A program made the translations under genes and the position numbers. From the NCBI GenBank assembly GCA_963775425.1, contig CAVZJB010000003.1:608001-672000 (forward strand): a stretch of 64,000 bases of DNA, in the 5' to 3' direction. Position 1 is the first letter of the stretch, and each line of letters starts with the position of its first letter. Below are positions 1 to 9,854 of this stretch, piece by piece. Below the pieces are notes generated by a model, which did not search any database, was not told where the DNA came from, and worked only from the letters and a program-made list of their open reading frames with translations. Source of the DNA: an uncultured delta proteobacterium (GTDB lineage Bacteria > Myxococcota > UBA727 > VGSZ01).

Positions 1-2
1 GC

Positions 3-821
3 GCCACCACCTTCGTGCGCAACCTGCACCGGCTGCGCGCCATCCTCGAAGGCGCCTCCGAGGACGTCGCCGTCTGCCGGAACCTCGCCGAGTACCGGGC
101 CGCGCGCGCCGCCGGCAAGCACGGGGCGTTCATCGGCATCCAAGGCGGCAACGCCCTCGACAAGGACCTCTCAGCGCTCGACCTCATCGAGGACGACCTC
201 GTCCTGCGCATCACCCTCGTGCACCTGTCGACGTCGAAGCTCGGCGTCACCAGCGCGCCCGGCTGGGGCAAGAGCAACCCCGGGCTCACGCCGTTCGGCC
301 GCGACTACGTGCGGCGCATGAACGAAAAGCGCATCTTCGTCGACCTCGCGCACATCGATCGCAAGGGCTTCTTCGACGCCGTCGAGGTGCACGACAAGTC
401 CCAGCCGCTCATCGTCACTCACACCGGCGTCACCGGCATCAAGCAGCATTGGCGCAACATCGACGACGACCAGATCAAGGCCGTCGCCGACACCGGCGGC
501 ACCATCGGCATCATCTACCAGATGGGCTTCCTCGGCGGTGACCACAAGGCCGGGCGCATCATCGATCACATGCAGCACATCATCGACGTCGCCGGCGAGG
601 ACTTCGTCTCGCTCGGCAGCGACTGGGACGGCGTCATCTTCCCCCCGCGCGACATGCCCACGTGCCTCGAGCTGCCGCGGCTCGCGCAGCGCATGCTCGA
701 TCGCGGTTGGACCGCGGAGCGCATCCACAAGGTGCTCGGCGGGAGCTTCCTGCGCGCCCTCGGCCACCTGCGCGGCACGGGCGCCGCCGCCGGCGCCCAA
801 AACGGCGAGGCCCGCGCGTGA
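3..821 (+). CDS. Membrane dipeptidase (peptidase M19 family), 5'-partial
   Basis: Frame is open from the window edge; motifs VDLAH, IVTHTG, RNIDD and LGSDWDG match the renal-dipeptidase fold. Confidence 0.85.
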   Translation, partial: ATTFVRNLHRLRAILEGASEDVAVCRNLAEYRAARAAGKHGAFIGIQGGNALDKDLSALDLIEDDLVLRITLVHLSTSKLGVTSAPGWGKSNPGLTPFGRDYVRRMNEKRIFVDLAHIDRKGFFDAVEVHDKSQPLIVTHTGVTGIKQHWRNIDDDQIKAVADTGGTIGIIYQMGFLGGDHKAGRIIDHMQHIIDVAGEDFVSLGSDWDGVIFPPRDMPTCLELPRLAQRMLDRGWTAERIHKVLGGSFLRALGHLRGTGAAAGAQNGEARA

Positions 822-888
822 GGACAGCGTCGACGAGCGCCCGGCGGGGGACGAGCCCCCGCGCCACTTTGGACAACGAGGCCCAGCG

Positions 889-2523
889 ATGACCGCTCCC
901 ACCGACCCGAGCCCGGCCAAGAAGAACGGGCACGTGAATCCCGCCGCCGTCGGCCCGATGCTCAACGAGCACGAGATCGGCGGCGTGTCGTCGTGGGACA
1001 TGCACCCGCTGGCGCCCGTCGAGACCACGCCCGCCGCCGACGTCAAGGGCGCGGTGGCGCGCGCGCGGGCGGCGCAGCCGGCGTGGGAGGCGCTCGGCTT
1101 CGAACAGCGCGCCAAGCTCATGAAGGCCGCGTGCCGCCTTCTGCTCGAGCGGCGCGAGGAGGCGGGCAAGCTCATCCAGGAGGAGTCCGGCAAGCTGCCC
1201 GCACACGCGCAGATGCACGAGGCCATCGGGCCGCTCGAGTACGTGAGCGCGTGGATCAAGGTCGCGCGGCCGCGCCTGAAGCCGCACAAGCTGCCCATCA
1301 ACCCCGTGGCCATGCCCGGCAAGCGCGCCACCACGCAGCTCGTCGCGCGCGGCGTCGTCGGCGTGATCGCGCCGTGGAACTACCCGCTCGGCGTCTACTT
1401 CAAGCCCGTGTTGCCGGCCCTGCTGTGCGGCAACGCCGTCGTCATCAAGCCCTCGGAGTACTCGCCGCGCACCGGCGCGTTCTTCGCGCGCGTGGTGTCC
1501 GAGGTCTTGCCCAAGGACGTCGTGCAGGTCGTGCAAGGCGGGCGCGACGTCGGCCGCGCGCTCGTCGAGGGCGGCGTCGACGCCGTCAGCTTCACCGGCT
1601 CTCCCGTCGGCGGCCGCGCGGTGCTCCAGATGTGCGCGGCTCAGATGATCCCTTGCAGCGTGGAGCTCGGGGGCAAGGATCCCGCCATCGTCCTCGCCGA
1701 CTGCGACGTCGAGCGCACCGCGCTCGGCATCCTCAACTGGGGCATGCACAACAGCGGACAGGACTGCGGCTCCGTCGAGCGCGTCTACGTCGTCGACGCC
1801 GTCGCCGACCGCTTCGTCGACACGCTGGCAGGCGCGGCCTCGCGCTTGAAGGTGCCGGCGAGCGCGGGGGAGGAGGCGCACGCGTCCATCGGCCCGCTGT
1901 CGAACCCCATGCAGCTCGCCATCGTCGAGGAGCACGTCAAGGACGCCGTCGGCAAGGGCGCGGTGGTCCGCGCCGGCGGAAAGCGCAGCGGCCGCGGCCT
2001 GTGGTTCGAGCCCACCATCCTCGACAGGTGCACGCAGGACATGCACGTCATCGCGGACGAGACGTTCGGGCCCGTGATCCCGGTGGTGCGCGTGAAGGAC
2101 GTCGAGGAGGCCGTGCGCCTCGCCAACGACTCGCGCTACGGCTTGAACGCGTCCATCTGGACCCGCGACGTCACCGCGGCCGAGGTGCTGGCGCGGCGGC
2201 TCCAGTGCGGGACGGTGTTCATCAACAACCACGCGATCACCGGCGCCATGCCGTTCGCGCCCTGGACGGGCGTGAAGGACACCGGCTACGGGGTCGCCAA
2301 CAGCGAATACGCGCTCGACACCTTCGCGCGCCCGCGGACGATCTTCGTCGACACCCAGAAGGCGCCGGACCCCTGGTGGCTGCCGGCGGACCCGCTCCTC
2401 GAGGAGATGGCCTCCCGCCTGGCGTCCGCCCAGCTCGGCAAGCTGGCGCAGGCGTTGAAGCTCCCCGGCATCATGAAGAAGCGGCAGCGGCTCTTGCTCG
2501 ATCTCGTGCGAGGCCCGAAGTGA
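889..2523 (+). CDS. Aldehyde dehydrogenase family protein
   Basis: PWNYP, KPSE, FTGS, ELGGKDP, catalytic Cys in SGQDC, ETFGP; likely ATG at 889 within ORF 538..2523. Confidence 0.92.
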   Translation: MTAPTDPSPAKKNGHVNPAAVGPMLNEHEIGGVSSWDMHPLAPVETTPAADVKGAVARARAAQPAWEALGFEQRAKLMKAACRLLLERREEAGKLIQEESGKLPAHAQMHEAIGPLEYVSAWIKVARPRLKPHKLPINPVAMPGKRATTQLVARGVVGVIAPWNYPLGVYFKPVLPALLCGNAVVIKPSEYSPRTGAFFARVVSEVLPKDVVQVVQGGRDVGRALVEGGVDAVSFTGSPVGGRAVLQMCAAQMIPCSVELGGKDPAIVLADCDVERTALGILNWGMHNSGQDCGSVERVYVVDAVADRFVDTLAGAASRLKVPASAGEEAHASIGPLSNPMQLAIVEEHVKDAVGKGAVVRAGGKRSGRGLWFEPTILDRCTQDMHVIADETFGPVIPVVRVKDVEEAVRLANDSRYGLNASIWTRDVTAAEVLARRLQCGTVFINNHAITGAMPFAPWTGVKDTGYGVANSEYALDTFARPRTIFVDTQKAPDPWWLPADPLLEEMASRLASAQLGKLAQALKLPGIMKKRQRLLLDLVRGPK

Positions 2524-3530
2524 TCGCTCTCGCGCCGCGCCGGGCGCACGGGCCCCTCCCGCTCCTCGTCGCCGCGTCCCTGGCGGCGGGAGGCTGCGCC
2601 ACGGTGAAGCCGGAGGTGGTCCACGGGGCGCCGCCCAGGCGGCGGCCGGAGCGCGTCGTGGATCCGGCGGCCGTGAGCGTGGACGCCGTGAAGTTCGTGG
2701 GCGACGAGAAGTACGCCTGGTTCGACGGCGCCACCGGCCGCGCCCTCGCCTTCGACGACGTCCTCGCGCGCATGGGCAAGAGCCGCGTGGTGATGGTCGG
2801 CGAGCAGCACGACCAGGCCACGCACCACGAGCTCGAGCGGCGCGTGGTGGCGGCGTTGGCGCAGCAACAGCCGGAGCTGGTGGTGGGCATGGAGATGCTC
2901 ACGTGGAACCTCCAGCCGAGCGTCGACCGCTTCAACGTCGGCGAGATCGACGCCGACGCCCTCGCCGTCGCCGTCGACTGGAAGAAGGTGTGGGGCTTCC
3001 CGTTCGAGATGTACAAGCCCATCTTCGTCGACGGCCACGCCCACGGCGCGCGCTTCATCGCGTTGAACGCGCCGCGGACCCTGGTGCGCGCGGTGCGCAA
3101 GAAGGGCGTGGACGGGCTCAGCGCCGACGAGCTGCGCGCGCTGCCGGACCTCGACCTCGGCGACGTCGACCACCGCGCGTGGTTCCACGGCATCTTCTCC
3201 GAGGACGGACACGAGACCAAGGACGGCGACATCGACAGCTTCTACGTGGCGCAGGTGGTGTGGGACGAGTCCATGGCGCAGACGGCGTCGCACGCGCTCC
3301 TCGAGGGCGCGCCGCAGGTGGTCGTCATCGCCGGCATCGGCCATGTCGCGCGCGGCCGCGGGATCCCCGAGCGCATCGAGCGCCGCGTCGCCGGCGTGCA
3401 TGTCTTGAGCGTCGTGCCGCTCACCGACGTCGACGCCGAGAGCGCCGAGGACAAGCTGCGCGCCGCCGTGGTCGCCGGCGAGGGCGACATCCTCGTGGTC
3501 CCACGCTTCGAGGAAGAGATCGCGCTGTAG
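2520..3530 (+). CDS. ChaN/DUF399-family lipoprotein
   Basis: GTGA overlap with the ALDH stop; lipobox AGGC; motifs VGEQHD, GMEM, AQVVWDESMA, IAGIGHV. Confidence 0.82.
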   Translation: MIALAPRRAHGPLPLLVAASLAAGGCATVKPEVVHGAPPRRRPERVVDPAAVSVDAVKFVGDEKYAWFDGATGRALAFDDVLARMGKSRVVMVGEQHDQATHHELERRVVAALAQQQPELVVGMEMLTWNLQPSVDRFNVGEIDADALAVAVDWKKVWGFPFEMYKPIFVDGHAHGARFIALNAPRTLVRAVRKKGVDGLSADELRALPDLDLGDVDHRAWFHGIFSEDGHETKDGDIDSFYVAQVVWDESMAQTASHALLEGAPQVVVIAGIGHVARGRGIPERIERRVAGVHVLSVVPLTDVDAESAEDKLRAAVVAGEGDILVVPRFEEEIAL

Positions 3531-3541
3531 ACACGCGCAAG

Positions 3542-5104
3542 TCAGGCCTTCTTGTGGGCCTCGGCGATGCGCGTGGCGGCGAGGCGGGACAGGCCGTAGA
3601 TGGACAACTGCGGGTTCACGCCGAGGCTCGTGGGGAAGACGCTGCCGTCGACGACGTAGAGGTTCTCGATGTCGTGGTGGCGCAGATCCACCGAGCGCAC
3701 CACGCCGCGCCTGGGGTCGTCGCTCATCATGCAGCCGCCCATCTGGTGCGCGGTGAACACCGCCACCTTGCACGGCGCATACGGCATGTCGTCGATCTTC
3801 TTGATGTCGTCCCTGCTCTTGATCATCAGCGGCGGATCGTGCCCCGTGGCCACCGTGTGCGCGCCGGCGGCGAGCCCGATCTGCGCGATTGTCTTCTGGC
3901 CGTCGCGCAGCGCGCGCCATTGGCGTTCGACGAGCTTGTAGTCGAGCACGGGGCGGCCCGAGGGCGCCACCGAGACGCGGCCGCCCTCGACGTCCTCGTG
4001 GAACCCGTCGATGGACAGCACGATGTGCGCCGCCGCGTACGGCAACTGCTTCATCAACGCGAGGTGATCCCGGCCGAACCCCGGCAGCGCGGTGGCCGCA
4101 AGCATCGGATGCACCGGCGCGGACTCGAGGAAGTAGCCGACCTCGTCGCCGCGGTGGGCGAACTGGTGGCTGGCGATGGACTGTGGCGCGCCCTGGTAGC
4201 CGCGCACCGGCTCCGGGAACAGCGCGACGCTCGCCACCACGGGGTGCAGGAAGGTGCGCCGCCCGAGCATCCCCGAGCGGTCCTGCGTCTCCGAGCGCAG
4301 CAACAAGGCCGGCGAGTTGATGGCGCCGCCGCTCACGATCACCAGGCGCGGCTTGACGCTCACGCGCACGCCCGTCGGGTCGCGCCCGAAGGCGTCGAGC
4401 ATCACGCCCTCGACGGCGACCGCGCGCCCCGCCTGATAGGTGATCCTCGTCGCCCGGCACCGGGACACGAGCGCCGCGCCCGCGGCGATGGCGTCGGGCA
4501 GGAGCGTGACGAGCATGGACTGCTTGGCGTCGATGGGGCAGCCGTGGCCGCAGGAGCCGGTCTGCGCGCAGCCGAGGACGTTGCGCTTGATGGGCGTCGC
4601 CTCGAAGCCGCTCGCCTTGGCGCCGTCATAGAGGGCGCGGTTGTTCTTGTTGGCGATGGGAAGCGGGCTCTCCTCGATGTGGAGCCGCTTCTCGATCCAC
4701 TCCCAGTGCGGGTTCAGGTCGGCGAGGGCGATGGACGCGGCGCCGTGCCGGGTGCGCCAGATGTCGATGACGTCCTCGGGGGTGCGGAAGCAGGTGGTCC
4801 AGTTCACGACGGAGCCGCCGCCGACGGCGCGGCCTTGCAGGACGGTGATGGCGGCGTCCTTGGTCGTGCGCGCGCCGCCGTCCTGGTACAGGAGGGGGTA
4901 GGCCTCGTCCTCGCGCTGGCGGAAGCGCTCCTTGGTGAAATAGCCGCCTTCCTCGAGGACGACGACGTCGAGGCCCGCGAGCGCGAGCGTGTGCGCGGCG
5001 ACCGCGCCGCCGGGGCCGGAGCCGATGATGCAGACGTCGCAGCCGACGTCGAGATCGGCGGTGACGGTTTGTCCCTCGAGGACGCCGGCGGGCAGGGTCT
5101 TCAC
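3542..5104 (-). CDS. GMC-family FAD oxidoreductase (long-chain alcohol oxidase-like)
   Basis: IIGSGPGG, GRAVGGGSVVN, AHQMG, VVDGSVFPTSLGVNP; GTG start overlaps the upstream stop. Confidence 0.9.
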   Translation of the reverse strand: MKTLPAGVLEGQTVTADLDVGCDVCIIGSGPGGAVAAHTLALAGLDVVVLEEGGYFTKERFRQREDEAYPLLYQDGGARTTKDAAITVLQGRAVGGGSVVNWTTCFRTPEDVIDIWRTRHGAASIALADLNPHWEWIEKRLHIEESPLPIANKNNRALYDGAKASGFEATPIKRNVLGCAQTGSCGHGCPIDAKQSMLVTLLPDAIAAGAALVSRCRATRITYQAGRAVAVEGVMLDAFGRDPTGVRVSVKPRLVIVSGGAINSPALLLRSETQDRSGMLGRRTFLHPVVASVALFPEPVRGYQGAPQSIASHQFAHRGDEVGYFLESAPVHPMLAATALPGFGRDHLALMKQLPYAAAHIVLSIDGFHEDVEGGRVSVAPSGRPVLDYKLVERQWRALRDGQKTIAQIGLAAGAHTVATGHDPPLMIKSRDDIKKIDDMPYAPCKVAVFTAHQMGGCMMSDDPRRGVVRSVDLRHHDIENLYVVDGSVFPTSLGVNPQLSIYGLSRLAATRIAEAHKKA

Positions 5105-5673
5105 GGCATACCTCCCTCGGTCTCCACGACGTGCAGCGCCTTGCGGGCCTCGATGGGCGGCGGCTCGGGCTTGGGGATGGACGGCCCGGGGTAGCCCGTG
5201 TCCGGCCACCCTGCGGGCGTCGCGTAGTGCGCCGCGAGGCAGAGCTTGCGCAGGCCGTTGTAGGCGCTGCGCAAGAGCAGGAGGCGGGAGTCCCGCCAGG
5301 CGATCAGGGCCTTGTCCTGCGCGGCCTCGTCCAGCTCGGTGAACGGCGTCGGCCGGCCGCGCAGGAGGAGGCCGCCGAGGGCGTTTTCGAGGAGCACCAG
5401 CGCGCTCGAGAGGTCCTTTTGCGTCTCCGGCGGCGCGTAGCGCAGCGCGGCGTCCACCTTCATGGCGATGTCCACCGGCGACGCGGTGGTGCCCGCGAGC
5501 ACGCGCGCGGCGACGGCGGCGAGCACCGGGAACGCGCGCGCCGACAGCGCGTGCAGCAGGCCGGTGGGCTTCACCGAGGAGTCGCCGGGGAGGATGGCGA
5601 CGATGCCGCCGCCGGCGACGACGAGGAGGACGCCGCCGACGACGCCGCGCTTGAGGAACGAACGGCGCTTCAC
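5101..5673 (-). CDS. Tat-signal partner protein (gluconate 2-dehydrogenase subunit 3-like)
   Basis: N-terminal KRRSFLK twin-arginine motif; C-terminal W-x-x-x-GYPGP motif; coupled to the GMC gene. Confidence 0.75.
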   Translation of the reverse strand: MKRRSFLKRGVVGGVLLVVAGGGIVAILPGDSSVKPTGLLHALSARAFPVLAAVAARVLAGTTASPVDIAMKVDAALRYAPPETQKDLSSALVLLENALGGLLLRGRPTPFTELDEAAQDKALIAWRDSRLLLLRSAYNGLRKLCLAAHYATPAGWPDTGYPGPSIPKPEPPPIEARKALHVVETEGGMP

Positions 5674-5734
5674 CGGCTCGAGATAACACGTGCCCGGTGG
5701 TGCTGCACGGGGAGCGCCCGACGACGGCGAGGGC

Positions 5735-7157
5735 TCAGAAGAACGAGATGCGGCGGGCCTCCGCGGGGCCCCAGCCCGCGAAGCGGACGAGGTTCAGGCA
5801 CAACAGCCCTGCGGCGAGGCCGCGGATGGTGCGCGCCGACGGAGCGGGGTCGAAGAGCAAGACGAGAATCCTTGATGGTCTTGGTGCCGTCCATGGCGAT
5901 GACGGCGCGCGCCTCGTCGGCGGAGAGCGTGAGGTCCTCGAGGCCGTAGCCGCTGTCGGCGGCGGCGGAGAAGCGGGCGTCGTCGGGGGCGGCGGCCTTG
6001 AGCGCGTCGTCCCCCTCGGTGAGCAGGATGCCGCGCACGATGATGTCGCCGACGGGGACGCGCACCGGGACCTGCTCACGGACCGCGCGCCCCTCGAGGG
6101 TGACCTTCATCGTCCCCTCCTGCCAGGTGAACGCCCCGAGGGCCACGCGCCGCGTGTGCTCCGCGACGAGCGCGCGCAGCGTCTCTTCGGGGAGCATGCC
6201 GCGCGCGAGCACGGAGTCGACGATGGTGCGGCGGGTGCCGGAGACGACGTCGTCGCGGATGAGCTTGAAGTCCTCGACGTTGAGGGCGCCCCGGCGCACC
6301 GCCAGCGTGGTGAGGTCTTCGGCCTCGAGGTTGCTGCGGGCGCCGACGATGACGCCGCGGCGCAGGAGCAGCACGCGCTTGGCGCGGCCGTTCATGAGCC
6401 ACAGCTCGCCGGTGGTCTGCGACTGGTGGAACGCGTCGAGCATGTCCGCGAGGGCGCGCGGGGAGAGGGAGCCCTCGCCGTGCGGGCCGCGGCTCTCGGG
6501 GGCCGCGCGCCGTCGCTCCTTCACCTTGGACCAGAGCTCCGCGAGCGAGCCCGGCGAGAAGCCCTCGCCGATGCGCTCCTCGAGCGGCGGGGCGGGCCCG
6601 AGCGCGGCGACCGGCGGGCCCTCGCCGGTGACGATGACGGAGGAGAACGCGGCCTCGGTCTCGGCGTCGTCCTCGTCTTCGCCCTCGGTGACGACGTCGA
6701 GCACCAGCTCGGCGCCCTCGTCGACGGCGGCGCCCTCCATGGACGACAGCGCGGGGCCGGGGGAGCGGGGCAGGGCGCTCGAGTTGGGGTGCAGCTCGCG
6801 CCCCATGAGGCGGGCGGCGGCCTCCACCAGCGTGAGCGAGCGGAACGGCCGCGCGAACGACGCGTCCATGGCGCCGATGCGCGGCATGAGCTCGTCGTCG
6901 CCTTCGACGACGAGGCTCTGGGCGTAGGTGAGGATGACCTTGGTGGACAGCTCGTTTTTCAGGAGCTCGGCGACGTCGACGCCGGGGGCGTCGGGCAGGT
7001 CGTGCTCGATGATGGCGACGGCAGGCTTCTCGACGAGGGCGAGCTCCAGCGCCGCCTCGCCCGAGCGGGCGTGGCTGGCCTGCATGCCGTATTGTCCGAG
7101 GAGCGCCGAGAGGAGCTCACCGAGCTCTCCGGGATCCACGACGAGGACGTCGGCCAT
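5735..7157 (-). CDS. Atypical receiver domain + DUF4388-like domain protein; apparent +1 frameshift near 5867
   Basis: MADVLVVD...IIEHDLP...ARPF receiver-like fold; TGELWL...RGVIVGARSN resembles DUF4388; removing one A at 5867-5868 joins TIKD to LVLLFDP...RRISFF*. Confidence 0.7.
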
Positions 7158-7274
7158 GGCGCCCTGATACCATCGATTTCGCCGCAGGTCAGGTTTGCGC
7201 GCAACGATGACGCATCGTCGACGCGCGCGCGGGCCCGACTTGCTGGGGACCCTTGGCGGAGATACCTTTTGCGC

Positions 7275-8093
7275 ATGGACCCCTGGGCCCTCGTCGACGA
7301 CGACACGCTCCCGCGCCCGTCGGGGATGGGGGCTCTTCCATCCGTGCACGAGGGGCCGGTGCCCGCGGGGCGCGCGCTGTTGTGTGTGTCGGACATCCAC
7401 GGCGATCGCGCGGCGCTCGAGAGCGTGCTCGACGCCGTCGCCCACGTCGATCTCTGCGGCATCGTCGCCGCCGGCGATCACTGCCTCGGCGGCCCGGACC
7501 CGTTCGGCGTCTGGCAGCGCCTGGTGACGCTCGGGGCCCACATGGTGCGGGGCACGTCGGATCTCGCGCTCGGCATGCTGCGGGTGCGGGGCATGAACCC
7601 GCGCACGGCACGCGAGGAGGCGCGGCTCGTCACGTTCCTGCGCACGCAGCAGGCGCTCGGCGAGGTCGTGTGCCGGCGGCTGGCGGAGCTGCCGTCGACG
7701 CTGGTGGTCTCGCTCGATGACCGCTCCGGCGTCATGGTCATGCACGGCACGCCCAACGACGAGTACGGCGGCCTGGTCGACGACGAGCACCTCACGCACG
7801 AGGTGGGCTGCGTGGCCGAGGACGTCCTGGTCTGCGGCGGCACCCACCGCGGCTTCGTGCGCCGCGTGGAAGACGACGGTGATCGCGGCGTCTCCCTGCG
7901 GCCCCATGACGAGCGCGGCCTCCTCGTCGTCGGCGCCGGCAGCGTCGGCGCGAGCCCGTTTCGCGCGGAGCACGGCGAGCGCACCGCCCACGCGGTGCTG
8001 GTGGCCCCCTTCGTCGACGGCGTCGTCCGCGCGTTCCCGCGCGACATCCCCATCGACCCGGCCGCCGTCGAGCGCGTGCGGCGCGCGGGGTGA
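7275..8093 (+). CDS. Calcineurin-like metallophosphoesterase with divergent motifs
   Basis: SDIHG, AGDH, RGTSD (GNHD position), HGTP, GGTH (GHTH position), GSVG. Confidence 0.78.
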   Translation: MDPWALVDDDTLPRPSGMGALPSVHEGPVPAGRALLCVSDIHGDRAALESVLDAVAHVDLCGIVAAGDHCLGGPDPFGVWQRLVTLGAHMVRGTSDLALGMLRVRGMNPRTAREEARLVTFLRTQQALGEVVCRRLAELPSTLVVSLDDRSGVMVMHGTPNDEYGGLVDDEHLTHEVGCVAEDVLVCGGTHRGFVRRVEDDGDRGVSLRPHDERGLLVVGAGSVGASPFRAEHGERTAHAVLVAPFVDGVVRAFPRDIPIDPAAVERVRRAG

Positions 8094-8103
8094 CGGCGAG
8101 CGC

Positions 8104-8856
8104 ATGAGAGCCGAGCCGGCGCGCGACGAGCTCGAACGCGAGCGCGCCCGCCTCGAGCGCGCGGTCGATGTCCTCGGGCACCGCTTCGCGGACGCGTCGC
8201 TGCTCCTGCAGGCGCTGACGCACTCGAGCTACCTGAACGAGAACCGAAGCGGCGTCGGGCACAACGAGGTGCTCGAGCTCCTCGGCGACGCCGTGCTGTC
8301 CCTGTGCACGATCGAGGCGCTCGTGCGCGCGAGCCCCGAGGCCGGCGAGGGTGAGCTCACCGATCGCCGCGCGGCGCACGTCTCCGAGGACGCGCTCGCC
8401 CTGCGCGCAGACGCCCTCGGGCTCGCGTCGTTGTTGCGCACCGGCAGGAGCATCGAGGGCGGGGTGCCGGTGTCGGCGCGCGCCGACCTCGTCGAGGCGC
8501 TCATCGGCGCCGTGTACGAAGACGCCGGGCTCGAAGCGGCGCGCGCGGCCACCACGCGGCTCCTCGGCGCGCCCCCCGCGCACGCGCCGCCGGCTTCGCA
8601 AAACGCCAAGCGCGTGCTGCAAGAGCGGCTGCAGCGGCTGTTCGGGGAGCCCCCCACCTACGACGTCGTCCGCGTCGACGGCCCCAACCACGCGCCCATC
8701 TACGAGGCCACGGCCGTCTATGGCGGCGCGGCCCTCGGCACGGGCAGAGGCGGCAGCAAGCGCACGGCCACGGAGGCGGCGGCGGCCGACGCCCTCGCCC
8801 GCACCGAGCACGACGACGACGTCACGCTGCGCGCGCGCTTCGGCGCTTCGTCGTGA
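8104..8856 (+). CDS. rnc: Ribonuclease III
   Basis: ALTHSS, signature NEVLELLGDAVL, ADLVEALIGAVY, C-terminal dsRBD (AKRVLQE...GGSKRTATEAAA). Confidence 0.9.
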   Translation: MRAEPARDELERERARLERAVDVLGHRFADASLLLQALTHSSYLNENRSGVGHNEVLELLGDAVLSLCTIEALVRASPEAGEGELTDRRAAHVSEDALALRADALGLASLLRTGRSIEGGVPVSARADLVEALIGAVYEDAGLEAARAATTRLLGAPPAHAPPASQNAKRVLQERLQRLFGEPPTYDVVRVDGPNHAPIYEATAVYGGAALGTGRGGSKRTATEAAAADALARTEHDDDVTLRARFGASS

Positions 8857-9842
8857 CGAACGAGGAGGCCCCCGGCCCGAAGGACGCCGCGGCGGGCGCG
8901 CCGCCCCAGACCGGCGCGCGCCGGACGGGCGCGGCGCTCGGGCGTTGGCTCGTGGAGCAGGCCAAGGCCGAGGGCTTCGACGACGCCGCCGTCGTGCCGG
9001 CGGGCGCGCCCCTCGCCGACGTCGATCGCGTGCGCGAGGCGGTGGAGGCGGGGCGCATGGGGCCGCTCGACTGGATGCGCGAGACCCTCGAGCAGCGCGT
9101 GGACATCAAGAAGCGGCTGCCGTGGGCGCGGAGCGTCCTCGTCGTCATCGTGAGCTACGACCCGGGCGACCACCCGGCGAGCGACGCCGGCAAAGCCAAG
9201 GTCTCCCGCTACGCGTGGGGACAGGACTACCACCACGTCCTGCGGCGCAAGCTGCGCCGGCTGCGCAAGGCGCTCCTCGCCGAGGGCGGCGGCGAGCGGT
9301 GCGCGCCCTTCAACGACGTCGACGCCGTGCTCGAGCGCGCGTGGGCCAAGGCCGCGGGGCTCGGCTTCATCGGCAAGAGCGCCATGCTCATCCACCGCGA
9401 CCTCGGCACGTGGACGTTCCTCGGCGGCCTGGCCACGGACCTCGACCTCGGGCCGGCGACGCGCGCGCCGGTGCCCGACCTGTGCGGCTCGTGCACCGCG
9501 TGCCTCGACGCGTGCCCCACGCGCGCCATCGTCCGGCCCCGCGTCGTCGACGCGCGCCGCTGTCTGGTCACCTGGAACGTCGAGGCGCCCGACGACCCCG
9601 CCGGCGACGCCTTCGAAGGCCACGGCTGGGCCGTCGGCTGCGACGTCTGCCAGGAGGTCTGCCCCTGGAACCGCTTCCGCAAGCCCACGCGCGAGCCGCG
9701 CTTCCTCGCGCGGCCGGGGCACACCGCGTTTTCGCCCGAGGACGCCCCCGACGACGTCGCCGGCACGCCGCTCGCGCGCCCGGGCAAGGAGGCCCTGCCG
9801 CGCCTCGCCGCGCGCGCCCTTCGCACCCCGCGGACGTCCTGA
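8853..9842 (+). CDS. queG: Epoxyqueuosine reductase
   Basis: SRYAWGQDYH, GLGFIGK, CGSCTACLDACPT, GCDVCQEVCPWN. Confidence 0.93.
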   Translation: MTNEEAPGPKDAAAGAPPQTGARRTGAALGRWLVEQAKAEGFDDAAVVPAGAPLADVDRVREAVEAGRMGPLDWMRETLEQRVDIKKRLPWARSVLVVIVSYDPGDHPASDAGKAKVSRYAWGQDYHHVLRRKLRRLRKALLAEGGGERCAPFNDVDAVLERAWAKAAGLGFIGKSAMLIHRDLGTWTFLGGLATDLDLGPATRAPVPDLCGSCTACLDACPTRAIVRPRVVDARRCLVTWNVEAPDDPAGDAFEGHGWAVGCDVCQEVCPWNRFRKPTREPRFLARPGHTAFSPEDAPDDVAGTPLARPGKEALPRLAARALRTPRTS

Positions 9843-9854
9843 GCCGTCGCGCGA

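Noticed and set aside
8260-8300. RNase III signature variant (NEVLELLGD) as an inactive enzyme
   Set aside because: The catalytic acidic residues (E, D and the later D..E) are all retained
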